A stretch of DNA of 61,708 nt, filler included. It is 3 parts of 3 records of this genome, joined end to end, with 100 filler letters (N's around TTAATTAATTAA, not from the genome) between each part and the next. Parts side by side here need not be neighbours in the genome. Positions count along the whole stretch, not along the records: positions 30,166 to 61,708 come from SRR22947725_4471; 2 more parts are not named here. One strand, given 5' to 3'. Below the pieces are notes generated by a model. It was not told where the DNA came from. It did no database searches and worked only from the letters and a program-made list of their open reading frames with translations. Shown in pieces: positions 48,609 to 58,987 of the stretch; the stretch's first letter is position 1; every line of letters starts with the position of its first letter. Position numbers and translations under genes: made by a program.

Positions 48609-49298
48609 ATGAAGCCAAGATCGATTGATAAGAACTACAATGCCATAGAAAAATGCTTACAAATACTATCTATGTATTCTCTAGACAAGACTCAATTTTC
48701 TATCAAGGAGATTTGCACTCAACTAAACTTTAACGTTTCAACTGCATATCGAATTTTGTCTACTCTTGAGGAGTATGGCTATGTATCTCGCTTAAAAAAT
48801 AAAGACTATGTCATTGGGACTCAGGCACTCTATTTGAGTGCAATATACACTCAAAGTAATCATCTTGAGCAAATCAGACCTATTGTTGATCGAATAAGGG
48901 ATATATCTGGTGAAACCTCATCTTTTTTTGTAGAAGAGGATGACAATCGTATTTGTTTGTATAGGGCTCATTCTCGTGATGAAATTAGACATAATATTGA
49001 GCAAGGATCTCGATTAGAGCTCAATAGAGGGGCATCAGGACGAATCATTTTGGCTTATGGCAAGAGACAAAAAGATCAAAAAGGGTTTTATAAAGATATT
49101 CGTGACCAGGGTTACTATCTATCAATTAATGAACACAATGCATCTCTATTTGCTTTAGCAGTTCCGGTGCTGTCGAACAGTGATAAATTTGTGGGTGCGA
49201 TTGTAGTTTCAGGACCGATAAGTCGCTTTGATGATCAACAAAAAATATCATTATTAAAGCTTTTGAATGATCAACTAGACAATATTGTAATGCCATAA
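48609..49298 (+). CDS. IclR family transcriptional regulator
   Basis: AIEKCLQIL, STAYRILSTLEEYGYV HTH, GETS, GASGRIILAY, LAVPV, VSGP; divergent from aceA. Confidence 0.92.
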   Translation: MKPRSIDKNYNAIEKCLQILSMYSLDKTQFSIKEICTQLNFNVSTAYRILSTLEEYGYVSRLKNKDYVIGTQALYLSAIYTQSNHLEQIRPIVDRIRDISGETSSFFVEEDDNRICLYRAHSRDEIRHNIEQGSRLELNRGASGRIILAYGKRQKDQKGFYKDIRDQGYYLSINEHNASLFALAVPVLSNSDKFVGAIVVSGPISRFDDQQKISLLKLLNDQLDNIVMP

Positions 49299-49474
49299 TT
49301 TATAGGTGATATGGGACTAAGCTTGTTAGACGTGATTTATCTATTTATATCTACAAATTATTAGCTAATAGTATCTTAATTTTTAGTCACTTATTTTTTT
49401 TTATTTTCTCTTGTTCATATGTATCATTACTCATTGGATTATGTCCTAATACCTTTATTACTTATTGTTAATTT

Positions 49475-50929
49475 ATGAAGCACCACCTATATATTGATGG
49501 CAATTATTTAGCGTCTTCCTCTGGCGAAACATTTATGTCGATCAATCCTGCGAATGGAGAGACGATTGCTATTGTTGATCAGGCAAGTGAAAAAGATGTT
49601 GAAAAGGCAGTTTTATCGTCTGAGAAAGCTTTTAGTGTTTGGACTGAAATGAGTGCATTTGAGAGAGGTAGGATTCTTCTCAAAGCCGTCTCTATTCTTC
49701 GAGAAAGAAATGATGAGCTTGCTGAACTTGAAGTTCTAGATAGCGGCAAGCCACTCCAAGAGGCAAACTGTGTTGATATTCAAACTGGGGCTGATGTCAT
49801 TGAATACTATGCTGGATTAGCACCCACTCTTCAAGGGTCTCAGCAGGACCTAGATTCGAATACTTTTTTTATGTCTAAAAGAGAGCCCTTAGGAGTGTGC
49901 GCTGGTATTGGAGCATGGAATTACCCTATTCAAATTGCCTGCTGGAAGTCCGCTGCATGTCTGGCTGCTGGAAACACTATGATTTTTAAGCCTTCTGAAG
50001 AAACACCACTCAGTGTTCTAAAATTGGCTGAGATATATACCGAGGCAGGAATGCCTCCAGGTGTCTTTAATGTGGTCCAGGGCGACTATAGAGTTGGTCA
50101 ATTCCTAACAAGACACCCTAGAATTGCTAAAGTTTCATTTACTGGTGAGAGTGGTACTGGGAAAAAGGTAATGACCGATGCCTCTGGTTCATTAAAGGAG
50201 GTAACCTTGGAGCTTGGAGGAAAGTCACCTTTAATTATCTTTAATGACGCGAACCTTGATAATGCCGTTTCTGGAGCTCTTTTGGCAAATTTTTATACGC
50301 AGGGTGAAGTCTGTACTAATGGAACAAGGGTTTTTGTTCAGTCTGCTATTTATGACAGTTTTCTTGAATTGGCATGTCAGCGAACTAAAAATATTAAAGT
50401 TGGCAATCCCTCGAATATAGAGACCCAAATGGGAGCATTAATTAGCTCTAAACATCTTGAGAAGGTTATGGGTTATATCGATCATGCTAAAAAATCAGGT
50501 GCACGACTTATAACTGGTGGCAACCGATTTAAATCGGATGAAACAAAAAATGGATTCTTTGTGGAACCTACCATTTTTGCTGATTGTGAAGATGAAGCAA
50601 GTTTTGTCAAAGATGAAATTTTTGGCCCTGTAATGTCTGTACTCCGCTTTGAAGAGGAGTCTGAGGTTATTCAAAGAGCAAACAATACTAGGTTTGGTCT
50701 GGCAGCTGGAGTTTTTACTCAAGATATTAGTCGTGCTCATAGAGTTATTAATGAACTTGAGGCCGGAATTTGCTGGATAAACAGCTGGGGAGATTCTCCT
50801 GCTGAAATGCCAGTTGGAGGATTCAAAGAGTCAGGAATTGGTCGAGAAAATGGCCCTGAAACTTTAAAGAGCTATACTCAAATCAAAAGTGTCTTTATTC
50901 GCCTTGATGATGTTGAGAGTCCTTACTAA
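49475..50929 (+). CDS. betB: Betaine-aldehyde dehydrogenase
   Basis: [66 protein letters not shown]; upstream of betA. Confidence 0.95.
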   Translation: MKHHLYIDGNYLASSSGETFMSINPANGETIAIVDQASEKDVEKAVLSSEKAFSVWTEMSAFERGRILLKAVSILRERNDELAELEVLDSGKPLQEANCVDIQTGADVIEYYAGLAPTLQGSQQDLDSNTFFMSKREPLGVCAGIGAWNYPIQIACWKSAACLAAGNTMIFKPSEETPLSVLKLAEIYTEAGMPPGVFNVVQGDYRVGQFLTRHPRIAKVSFTGESGTGKKVMTDASGSLKEVTLELGGKSPLIIFNDANLDNAVSGALLANFYTQGEVCTNGTRVFVQSAIYDSFLELACQRTKNIKVGNPSNIETQMGALISSKHLEKVMGYIDHAKKSGARLITGGNRFKSDETKNGFFVEPTIFADCEDEASFVKDEIFGPVMSVLRFEEESEVIQRANNTRFGLAAGVFTQDISRAHRVINELEAGICWINSWGDSPAEMPVGGFKESGIGRENGPETLKSYTQIKSVFIRLDDVESPY

Positions 50930-50942
50930 ATAATAAAAAAGT

Positions 50943-52634
50943 ATGAATATAAATTTTGATTACATTGTTGTTGGCGCTGGTTCTGCGGGGTGCGTTTTGG
51001 CTAATCGTTTGAGTGAATCAGGCGAGCACAGTGTGATTCTTCTAGAGAACGGTGGTAGCGATAAAAATATCATGATTCAAATGCCAACAGCGCTCTCTTA
51101 TCCGATGAATACTAATAAGTATGCCTGGCAATTTCATACTGAGCCGGAGCCTTTTTTAGATAACAGAAAAATGCACTGTCCAAGAGGCAGAGTCATGGGA
51201 GGGTCCTCCTCAATCAATGGAATGGTTTATGTTCGAGGACATGCTGAAGATTTTAACCAGTGGGAGGAACATGGTGCTAAAGGCTGGGCTTATAAGGATT
51301 GCTTACCTTACTTTAAGCGCTGCGAAAGTTGGCACGAAGGTGAGAATGATTACCGTGGTGGAAATGGTCCTGTTTCAACTTCGAATGGCAATAATATGAA
51401 GCTTAATCCTCTATATGAGGCTTTTATTGAGGCTGGAAAAGAGGCTGGGTATCCAGAAACTAAAGACTATAACGGAGAACAGCAAGAAGGTTTTGGTCCA
51501 ATGCATATGACAGTAGGTGGCGGCGTTCGCTCTTCAACCTCTAATGCCTACATTAAGCCTGCAAAAAATAGATCTAATCTCAAGATATTAACTAACGTAC
51601 TTGTTCAAAAAGTCATACTTGAAAATAAAATAGCTACGGGCGTTGAGTATTCAATAAATGGAAATAAAAAAGCTTTAAAGGCAAATAGAGAGGTGATTCT
51701 TTGTGCAGGTTCAATTGGCTCGCCACAGCTTCTTCAGTTGTCAGGCATTGGACCAAAAAAAGTTCTAGATGATGCAGGCGTAGATGTTTTGCATGAGTTG
51801 CCAGGAGTTGGGGAAAATCTTCAAGACCATCTTGAGGTTTACTTCCAATATCATTGTAAAAAACCAATTACTCTTAACAGCAAGCTAAACCTTTTCAGTA
51901 AGGGGCTTATAGGCTTTGAATGGATATTAGCAAAGACCGGATTAGGCGCAACTAACCACTTTGAATCATGTGGCTTTATTCGCTCTCGTGCTGGCCTTAA
52001 ATGGCCAAATATACAATACCATTTTCTTCCAGCTGCCATGCGATATGATGGAAATGCGGCTATGGATGGGCATGGCTATCAGGTTCATGCTGGCGTTAAT
52101 AAAGTAACTAGTCGAGGCAATGTTCGGATAAACAGTTCAGATCCAAAAGCAAAGCCAACAATTATTTTTAACTATATGGAAACTGAGCAAGATAGACAGG
52201 ACTGGAGGGACTGCATCCGTCTCACCAGAGAAATTTTAAGCCAGCCAGCGCTTGATGATTTTAATGCTGGAGAAGCGAGCCCTGGTTTAGATGTAAGTAG
52301 TGATGAAGAAATTGACGCTTGGGTGAGGGCAAATGTTGAGAGTGCTTACCATCCATCATGTTCTTGCAAAATGGGCTCACTTGATGATCCAATGACGGTG
52401 GTCAATAATGAAGGTCAGGTTAATGGTATAGAGAGTCTTAGAGTAATTGATTCCTCAGTTTTTCCAACCATTCCAAATGGTAATCTTAATGGCCCTACCA
52501 TAATGTTGGCAGAAAAAATGGCGGACTTGGTCCTTGGTAAAAAGCCCCTCATATCTAGCGAAGTGAATGTATGGATTGATTCACGTTGGAAGGAACTTCA
52601 ACGTCTTAGTAACCCCAAGCGAAAAGTAACATAG
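50943..52634 (+). CDS. betA: Choline dehydrogenase
   Basis: [76 protein letters not shown]. Confidence 0.96.
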   Translation: MNINFDYIVVGAGSAGCVLANRLSESGEHSVILLENGGSDKNIMIQMPTALSYPMNTNKYAWQFHTEPEPFLDNRKMHCPRGRVMGGSSSINGMVYVRGHAEDFNQWEEHGAKGWAYKDCLPYFKRCESWHEGENDYRGGNGPVSTSNGNNMKLNPLYEAFIEAGKEAGYPETKDYNGEQQEGFGPMHMTVGGGVRSSTSNAYIKPAKNRSNLKILTNVLVQKVILENKIATGVEYSINGNKKALKANREVILCAGSIGSPQLLQLSGIGPKKVLDDAGVDVLHELPGVGENLQDHLEVYFQYHCKKPITLNSKLNLFSKGLIGFEWILAKTGLGATNHFESCGFIRSRAGLKWPNIQYHFLPAAMRYDGNAAMDGHGYQVHAGVNKVTSRGNVRINSSDPKAKPTIIFNYMETEQDRQDWRDCIRLTREILSQPALDDFNAGEASPGLDVSSDEEIDAWVRANVESAYHPSCSCKMGSLDDPMTVVNNEGQVNGIESLRVIDSSVFPTIPNGNLNGPTIMLAEKMADLVLGKKPLISSEVNVWIDSRWKELQRLSNPKRKVT

Positions 52635-52725
52635 GATTAATTATTTCAATTGTTTAAAAATTTACTTGCTTCTTTGTATAAATCCGTATAAAAATTAACT
52701 CAACTTACTCATAACTTCTTCATCA

Positions 52726-53928
52726 ATGGAAGTAGCTAAACTAAATTCTTATGTTGTTGCAACACCTGAGCCTCACATTGGAGGGATGTATTGGATTTTC
52801 TTGTCTATTGAAACTAAGTGTGGAATTTTAGGAGTTGGTGAAGTTTACTCGGCATCTTTCCATCCTGAGGTTGTTGTCAAAGGAATCAAAGATGTGTTTG
52901 AAAGATATCTCATAGGCCATGATCCTCATCACGTGGAACGTTTTTATAGAGAGTGTTACTCGAGTGGTTTTACTCAGAGGCCTGATTTAACGATGATGGG
53001 GGTCTTAAGTGGTCTTGAGATGGCTTGTTGGGATATTATTGGAAAAGCTGCAAATAAGCCAATTTATGAGCTTATAGGAGGCAAAGTCCATGATAAGCTT
53101 CGTTCATATACCTACCTGTATCCAAAAGACAAGAATGGAGTACTTAATTACGAAGATCCCGAGCTTGGTGCAGAGTCTGCTGTTAGTTTTATGGAGCAGG
53201 GCTTCAGTGCAATTAAGTTTGATCCTGCTGGTCCTTACTCTTCATACTCTGGGCATCAAATTTCACTAAAAAGACTTACTCACTGCGAAAACTATACTCA
53301 AAAAATTAGGGATGCAGTTGGTGATAATTGTGACATACTTATTGGTACGCATGGGCAACTCTCTCCGTCATCAGCTGTAAGGCTTGCAAAAAGACTTGAG
53401 AAATTTGATCCTCTATGGTTTGAGGAGCCAGTTCCACCTGGGCAATCTAGTGCAATGAGTGAAGTTGCTAAAAAAACTAAGATTCCAGTTGCAACGGGTG
53501 AGCGATTAACAACAAAGTATGAATTTTATGATGTTTTAAAAAATAATGCGGCTTCCATTATTCAAATGAACTTAGGCCGAGTAGGTGGAATCTTAGAGGC
53601 TAAAAAAATTGCGAGTTTGTCAGAAGTTTTTTATGCTCAGATTGCTCCACATATATATAACGGCCCAGTTGGTGCTGCAGCCAGTATTCAGCTTTCTGCT
53701 GCAACTCCAAATTTTTTAATTATGGAAAGTGTAAGGACTTGGGATGGTTTTCACTCCGAAGTTTTAAAAGATTCAATTCAGTGGAGTAATGGAAATATTA
53801 TTCCATCAGATAAACCTGGCTTAGGTATCGAGTTGAATTTTGACGTTGTTATTTCAAACTCACCTTACAAAGGAAAAAAACTTCACCTTTCTATGAATCA
53901 AAAGCCATATTACGTTGACGATGATTAA
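52726..53928 (+). CDS. Mandelate racemase/muconate lactonising enzyme (enolase superfamily) protein, substrate unknown
   Basis: SGLEMACWDIIGK, KFD, GTHGQ, WFEEP, ATGERL, APH, KPGLGIE. Confidence 0.88.
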   Translation: MEVAKLNSYVVATPEPHIGGMYWIFLSIETKCGILGVGEVYSASFHPEVVVKGIKDVFERYLIGHDPHHVERFYRECYSSGFTQRPDLTMMGVLSGLEMACWDIIGKAANKPIYELIGGKVHDKLRSYTYLYPKDKNGVLNYEDPELGAESAVSFMEQGFSAIKFDPAGPYSSYSGHQISLKRLTHCENYTQKIRDAVGDNCDILIGTHGQLSPSSAVRLAKRLEKFDPLWFEEPVPPGQSSAMSEVAKKTKIPVATGERLTTKYEFYDVLKNNAASIIQMNLGRVGGILEAKKIASLSEVFYAQIAPHIYNGPVGAAASIQLSAATPNFLIMESVRTWDGFHSEVLKDSIQWSNGNIIPSDKPGLGIELNFDVVISNSPYKGKKLHLSMNQKPYYVDDD

Positions 53929-53949
53929 TTTAGTATTTAGGAGGGTTTA

Positions 53950-54915
53950 ATGAAGGTAGGTTTTATTGGTCTGGGTAATGCAGGTGGCAAGCTTGCAGGA
54001 AGCTTATTAAGAAATGGTTTTGATCTTACAGTTCTTGATCTCGATAAGTCATTAGTGAATGAGTTTATAGATCGAGGTGCATCGAGCAGTATCTCTGCAA
54101 GAGAGATGGCTGAGCTTTGTGATGTTGTAATCACTTGTCTACCATCACCAAAGGCTTGTTCAGAGGTCATGGAGTCGAAAGATGGAGTTATAGCTGGCCT
54201 CAGAGAAGGGAAGGTTTGGCTGGAGATGAGTACAACCGATGAGGCTGAAATAAGAAGAATAGGAGCAATCGTTGAGTCAACAGGTGCCCTGCCAATTGAC
54301 TGTCCTGTGTCTGGAGGTTGTCATAGAGCAGATACTGGAAATATTTCAATTTTTGCTGGTTGTAAAAGAGAGGCATTCGATAAAGTCTTGCCGATTCTTA
54401 CAACAATGGGAAGACGAGTCCTTCATACAGGTGACCTGGGAACAGCATCAACATTAAAAGTAATGACTAATTACCTCGCTACAGTTAATCTAGTGTCAAT
54501 TTCTGAAGCTCTTACAACGATGAAAGTGCTTGGTATGGATATGAATGTCACCTATGAAGCAATAAAAGCCTCGTCAGGCAATTCGTTTGTTCATGAAACA
54601 GAGTCGCAGGTCATTTTAAATGGAAGTAGAGATATAAGCTTCACGATGGACCTAGTATCTAAAGACGTAGGAATATTTAATGAGCTTGCTGAACGAAAAG
54701 GGCTTGAATTGGAAATTGCACCTATGATTGTAGATATTTTTAAGGATGGCGAAAAACGTTACGGATCACGTGAGCTATCTCCAAATATTATTAAAAGGCT
54801 TGAAGAGAAAGCAGATGTTGAGGTTCTGGGTAGTGGGTTTCCTCCTGAGATGATCGATGAAGAGCCTGAAGAGAAAGGTTATGAGGTTGAGATTCAGAAC
54901 AGGAAAGATAACTAA
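53950..54915 (+). CDS. beta-hydroxyacid dehydrogenase (3-hydroxyisobutyrate/tartronate-semialdehyde reductase family)
   Basis: VGFIGLGNAG Rossmann motif, TCLP, EMST, DCPVSGG, catalytic K in LKVMTN, KD. Confidence 0.88.
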   Translation: MKVGFIGLGNAGGKLAGSLLRNGFDLTVLDLDKSLVNEFIDRGASSSISAREMAELCDVVITCLPSPKACSEVMESKDGVIAGLREGKVWLEMSTTDEAEIRRIGAIVESTGALPIDCPVSGGCHRADTGNISIFAGCKREAFDKVLPILTTMGRRVLHTGDLGTASTLKVMTNYLATVNLVSISEALTTMKVLGMDMNVTYEAIKASSGNSFVHETESQVILNGSRDISFTMDLVSKDVGIFNELAERKGLELEIAPMIVDIFKDGEKRYGSRELSPNIIKRLEEKADVEVLGSGFPPEMIDEEPEEKGYEVEIQNRKDN

Positions 54916-55008
54916 TTTCACTCAATCTATCTCGAAACAACTTCAAAACTTCATTTAATAAACAAGCTCGTTATTTTATAATTTTATATTGAATCAAACC
55001 TTTATCTT

Positions 55009-56937
55009 ATGAGTGCAGACTTAAAACCTAATTTCGAACCTGACAACATCGTCAAAAATATAAGCAAAGCTATAAACATTGGAATGACTCATTCTGCTCT
55101 AGCAAGCAATGGGGTCGACTGGGATAGTGTTGTTGGTGTTTTGGATGAGGCCGAGCATCTGATTGGAAGGGTGATGAGCGTTAACTCTCATCTGAACTCA
55201 GTTAGATTTTCAGATGAGTTCAATACTCAGTATGAAAAAACACTTCCTTTAATTTCAAATTTTTATAGTGATCTTGGTGCAAATAAAGATCTTTACCAAG
55301 CATTTAAGAGGGTTAGTCAGACTGAGTTAAATATCCAACAACAGCATATTGTGAATGATTCATTGCGAAGCTTTGAACTCTCTGGTGTTGCTCTAGATGG
55401 AGCTAAGTCTGAGCGATTTAAAGAAATTAAAGAGCAGTTAAGTGTTCTCAGTAATCAGTTTTCTAAAAATGTTTTACAATCAACTAATTCATGGAAAAAA
55501 ACTGTCTCAGCTAATGATTTAAAAGGGTATGGCGCTGATGAGTTTTCTAAGGTCAAAAAAGGCGATCACTATGAGATCAGTCTCCAAGTGCCAGTTTATA
55601 TTGATCTTATGACTTATGCTGATAGTAGCGATCTCAGAGAAGAGGTTTATAAGGCCTACATTTCAAGGGCTTCAGATATTGGGATTACTTCAAAAGAGTT
55701 TAATAATCGTCCAATTATGGATGAAATTTTAAAACTACGATCAGAAATGTCAGAATTAGTTGGGTTTTCAAATTATGCTGAATATTCGACCCAGTCAAAA
55801 ATGGTTGAGTCGCCAGATGCAGTTGTTGAGTTTTTAAACAGTCTTATAGAGCTTTCAACCCCGCAAGCAAAAGCTGAATTGATTGATCTAGAAAGCTTTG
55901 CAGGACATCCTTTAATGCCTTGGGATTTGATGTACTACTCAGAAAAATTAAAACAAAAAACATTTAGTTTTAAAAGTACTGACTTGAAACCCTTTTTTCC
56001 TGAAAGCAGTGTTTTTGATGGTTTATTTGAAACCATTCAAAATCTCTACAATGTTAAATTAACTGAAATTCATGAAAAGACCTATCATGAGGATGTAAGA
56101 GTCGTTAATCTTGAAGATAATAATGGAGTAATTGGTAGAATATATTTAGATGTTTATGCTCGAGAGAATAAGAGAGGCGGTGCATGGATGTCAGATTATC
56201 AGGGACTTTTCAAAGAATCATTGCCGGTTGCTTTTGTTGTTTGTAACCTTAACTCTCCCTCAGAAGGGAAGCCTGCTCTATTCGATTTTGATGAAATTGT
56301 AACTATCTTTCATGAATTTGGTCATGCACTTCATCATCTTTTAACAAAGGTTCCTTTTCCATGTGCTGCGGGCATTAGTGGTGTTCCTTGGGATGGTGTT
56401 GAGCTTCCGAGTCAGTATATGGAAAATTTTTGTTATGAAAGGGAGGTGGTTAATTTAATTTCAGGTCACTGGGAGACAGGTGAAAAACTTCCTAAAGTGC
56501 TATTTCAGAAGGTAATTGAATCCAAAAACTTTCAATCTGGTCTACAAATGCTCAGGCAGTGTGAGTTTGCTTTATGGGATATCAGTACTCACATGACAAG
56601 CAATGACACATATGAGGTCCTCAGAAAAGTTAGAGAGAAAACAGCTCTATTACCTATAGTTAATGAAAATCGTTTTCTTAATTCATTTTCTCACATCTTT
56701 AGTGGAGGCTATGCAGCAGGTTATTTTAGCTACAAGTGGGCAGAAGTCTTGGCAGCGGATGCTTATGAATTTGTTAAAGAGAGTGGAGGAATTGGATCTA
56801 AATCATCCAATGATTTCAGGCGCTACATTCTTGAAATTGGGGGAAGTTTGGATTTTATGGACCAATATGTCAAATTTAGAGGAAGTAGGCCAAAAATGGA
56901 TGGACTTTTAAAAGCCTCTGGAATTTCGACTAAATGA
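55009..56937 (+). CDS. prlC: Oligopeptidase A (M3A peptidase)
   Basis: KRGGAWM, FHEFGHALH (HExxH), WDGVELPSQ, FSHIFSGGYAAGYFSYKWAEVL. Confidence 0.93.
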   Translation: MSADLKPNFEPDNIVKNISKAINIGMTHSALASNGVDWDSVVGVLDEAEHLIGRVMSVNSHLNSVRFSDEFNTQYEKTLPLISNFYSDLGANKDLYQAFKRVSQTELNIQQQHIVNDSLRSFELSGVALDGAKSERFKEIKEQLSVLSNQFSKNVLQSTNSWKKTVSANDLKGYGADEFSKVKKGDHYEISLQVPVYIDLMTYADSSDLREEVYKAYISRASDIGITSKEFNNRPIMDEILKLRSEMSELVGFSNYAEYSTQSKMVESPDAVVEFLNSLIELSTPQAKAELIDLESFAGHPLMPWDLMYYSEKLKQKTFSFKSTDLKPFFPESSVFDGLFETIQNLYNVKLTEIHEKTYHEDVRVVNLEDNNGVIGRIYLDVYARENKRGGAWMSDYQGLFKESLPVAFVVCNLNSPSEGKPALFDFDEIVTIFHEFGHALHHLLTKVPFPCAAGISGVPWDGVELPSQYMENFCYEREVVNLISGHWETGEKLPKVLFQKVIESKNFQSGLQMLRQCEFALWDISTHMTSNDTYEVLRKVREKTALLPIVNENRFLNSFSHIFSGGYAAGYFSYKWAEVLAADAYEFVKESGGIGSKSSNDFRRYILEIGGSLDFMDQYVKFRGSRPKMDGLLKASGISTK

Positions 56938-56989
56938 TATGAAACTTGGTAAAATAAAATTTTTTTGCTGACAATAACTAGAAAAAATA

Positions 56990-57208
56990 ATGATTAAATA
57001 TTTATTAGGTGCAATTCTTACATTAGCCATTATTGGCGGCGCCTTTTCATTCCAGTCTAATGACCAAAGTTGGCAAATAATTGTTCATAAAGAGGAAGCT
57101 TTCAAAAGCGTCACCAATGGGGCCCTAAGAATTTATAAGATTGGATTAGGTTTCTTCACAGATAAAGACTTAGTTGACAAGGCTTCAATTGTGTTGGAAG
57201 AAAGCTAA
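56990..57208 (+). CDS. Small hypothetical exported or membrane-anchored protein (72 aa)
   Basis: MIKYLLGAILTLAIIGGAFS signal/anchor-like N-terminus; fills the prlC-fabF gap. Confidence 0.6.
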   Translation: MIKYLLGAILTLAIIGGAFSFQSNDQSWQIIVHKEEAFKSVTNGALRIYKIGLGFFTDKDLVDKASIVLEES

Positions 57209-57214
57209 GAGTCT

Positions 57215-58456
57215 CTAGGGTCCTTTAGAAATCAGGATTGATCCGTTTGTACCACCAAACCCAAAAGAATTTGAAATTGCATGATCTATTTTCATTTCTC
57301 TTGCCTCATTAGCGGCATAATCTAAGTCACAATTTGGATCTTGATTAAAAATATTAATCGTTGGAGGGGCTATTTGATCTCTAATGGCTAGAGCCGTAAA
57401 CACTGCCTCAATTCCACCTGCAGCGCCAAGAAGATGTCCAGTCATCGATTTTGTGGAGCTCATGACAATATTTTTTGAATGAGCACCCAATGCTAATTTG
57501 GCAGCATCCGTTTCTGCAATATCACCAGCAGGGGTTGAGGTTCCATGCGCATTAATATAGTCAAGTTGGTCTTCATTAATCTTGGCGTTTCTCATAGCGT
57601 TTCTCATGCATCTTGCAGCTCCCTCGCCACCTTCAGAAGGAAGAGTCATGTGGTATGCATCACTACTCATGCCATATCCAGAAAGTTCGCCATAAATTCT
57701 CGCGCCTCGTTTTTTAGCATGTTCGTATTCTTCTAGGACAACGACACCAGCTCCGTCACCAAGGACGAAGCCATCTCTATCAACATCCCAAGGCCTTGAG
57801 GCCGTCTCAGGATCATCGTTTCTTGTTGACAGTGCGCGAGCAGCTGCAAAGCCGCCTAGGCCACAATTGGTAGAGGACATTTCAGTTCCTCCAGCAATCA
57901 TCACGTCAGCATCACCATATTCAATTATTCTTGAAGCATCTCCAATATTATGAGTTCCAGTAGTGCAAGCAGTAACAATGGCAAAATTAGGCCCTTTAAG
58001 CCCATATTTGATAGACATATTACCTGAGACCATATTAATGATAGAGGAGGGCACAAAGAAAGGTGAAATCCTTTTTGGGCCTTTTTCTCTAAAAAGATCT
58101 GCAGTTTTTTCAATCGTTGTCAAGCCACCAATCCCAGCTCCAATTGCAACGCCAATTCTTTCAGCATTAGATTCTGTCACCTCAAGTCCACTATCTTCAA
58201 ATGCTTGAATACCAGCAGCCATTCCATAATGAATGAAAACATCCATTTTTTTTGCTTCCTTTGGGCTTAGGTACTGAGAGACATCAAAGCCTTTAACAGC
58301 TCCACCAAATTTCACTGCTTGAAGTTCAGTATCTATATTGTCAATTGGGGCAATACCAGAAACGCCATTAATAATATTTTTCCAGGCATCATTTACATTA
58401 TTACCAACTGGACATACAATGCCTAAACCGGTTATCACAACTCTTCTTTTGCTCAT
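57215..58456 (-). CDS. fabF: 3-oxoacyl-ACP synthase II
   Basis: [23 protein letters not shown] (catalytic Cys), [32 protein letters not shown]. Confidence 0.97.
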   Translation of the reverse strand: MSKRRVVITGLGIVCPVGNNVNDAWKNIINGVSGIAPIDNIDTELQAVKFGGAVKGFDVSQYLSPKEAKKMDVFIHYGMAAGIQAFEDSGLEVTESNAERIGVAIGAGIGGLTTIEKTADLFREKGPKRISPFFVPSSIINMVSGNMSIKYGLKGPNFAIVTACTTGTHNIGDASRIIEYGDADVMIAGGTEMSSTNCGLGGFAAARALSTRNDDPETASRPWDVDRDGFVLGDGAGVVVLEEYEHAKKRGARIYGELSGYGMSSDAYHMTLPSEGGEGAARCMRNAMRNAKINEDQLDYINAHGTSTPAGDIAETDAAKLALGAHSKNIVMSSTKSMTGHLLGAAGGIEAVFTALAIRDQIAPPTINIFNQDPNCDLDYAANEAREMKIDHAISNSFGFGGTNGSILISKGP

Positions 58457-58519
58457 AATGGATTAAGTATTAAATTTAATGAAGTAATTTTAAAGGGTTT
58501 TACAAATTAAAAATTGAGT

Positions 58520-58556
58520 AAAAAAAAGGCGTTTTACTTTTTAAAGTAAACGCCTT
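58520..58556 (-). terminator. Rho-independent terminator after acpP
   Basis: Minus strand AAGGCGTTTACTTT-AA-AAAGTAAAACGCCTT followed by a T run. Confidence 0.8.
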
Positions 58557-58576
58557 AATAGATTTATTGATGAATA

Positions 58577-58804
58577 TTATGTATTTGCGTTAATGTAGTC
58601 GATTGCCTGTTGGATGGTTGTAATATTTTCAGCTTCCTCATCTGCAATTTCACAGTCAAACTCTTCTTCAAGTGACATTACAAGCTCTACAGTATCTAAT
58701 GAATCTGCCCCTAAGTCGTCTATGAATGATGCATTGTTATCAATTTCACCACTAACATCTAACTGCTCACTTACGACTTTTCGCACTCTATCTTCAATAC
58801 TCAT
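58577..58804 (-). CDS. acpP: Acyl carrier protein
   Basis: [21 protein letters not shown] phosphopantetheine motif. Confidence 0.98.
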   Translation of the reverse strand: MSIEDRVRKVVSEQLDVSGEIDNNASFIDDLGADSLDTVELVMSLEEEFDCEIADEEAENITTIQQAIDYINANT

Positions 58805-58987
58805 TTTGAGTTAAATCCTTAAATTGTTTAAAAGTGTACATTTTATCTTCAAAAAACACTAAATAGCGTTAAATTTTTAAATATTTATTGATAATTATTA
58901 GTACTGTTTAATTAATGTATTTTGGAATTATGTTTTTAAGAAGAAATTAAATTTAATATATCACTAATCACTGTTACTAGATATTAT

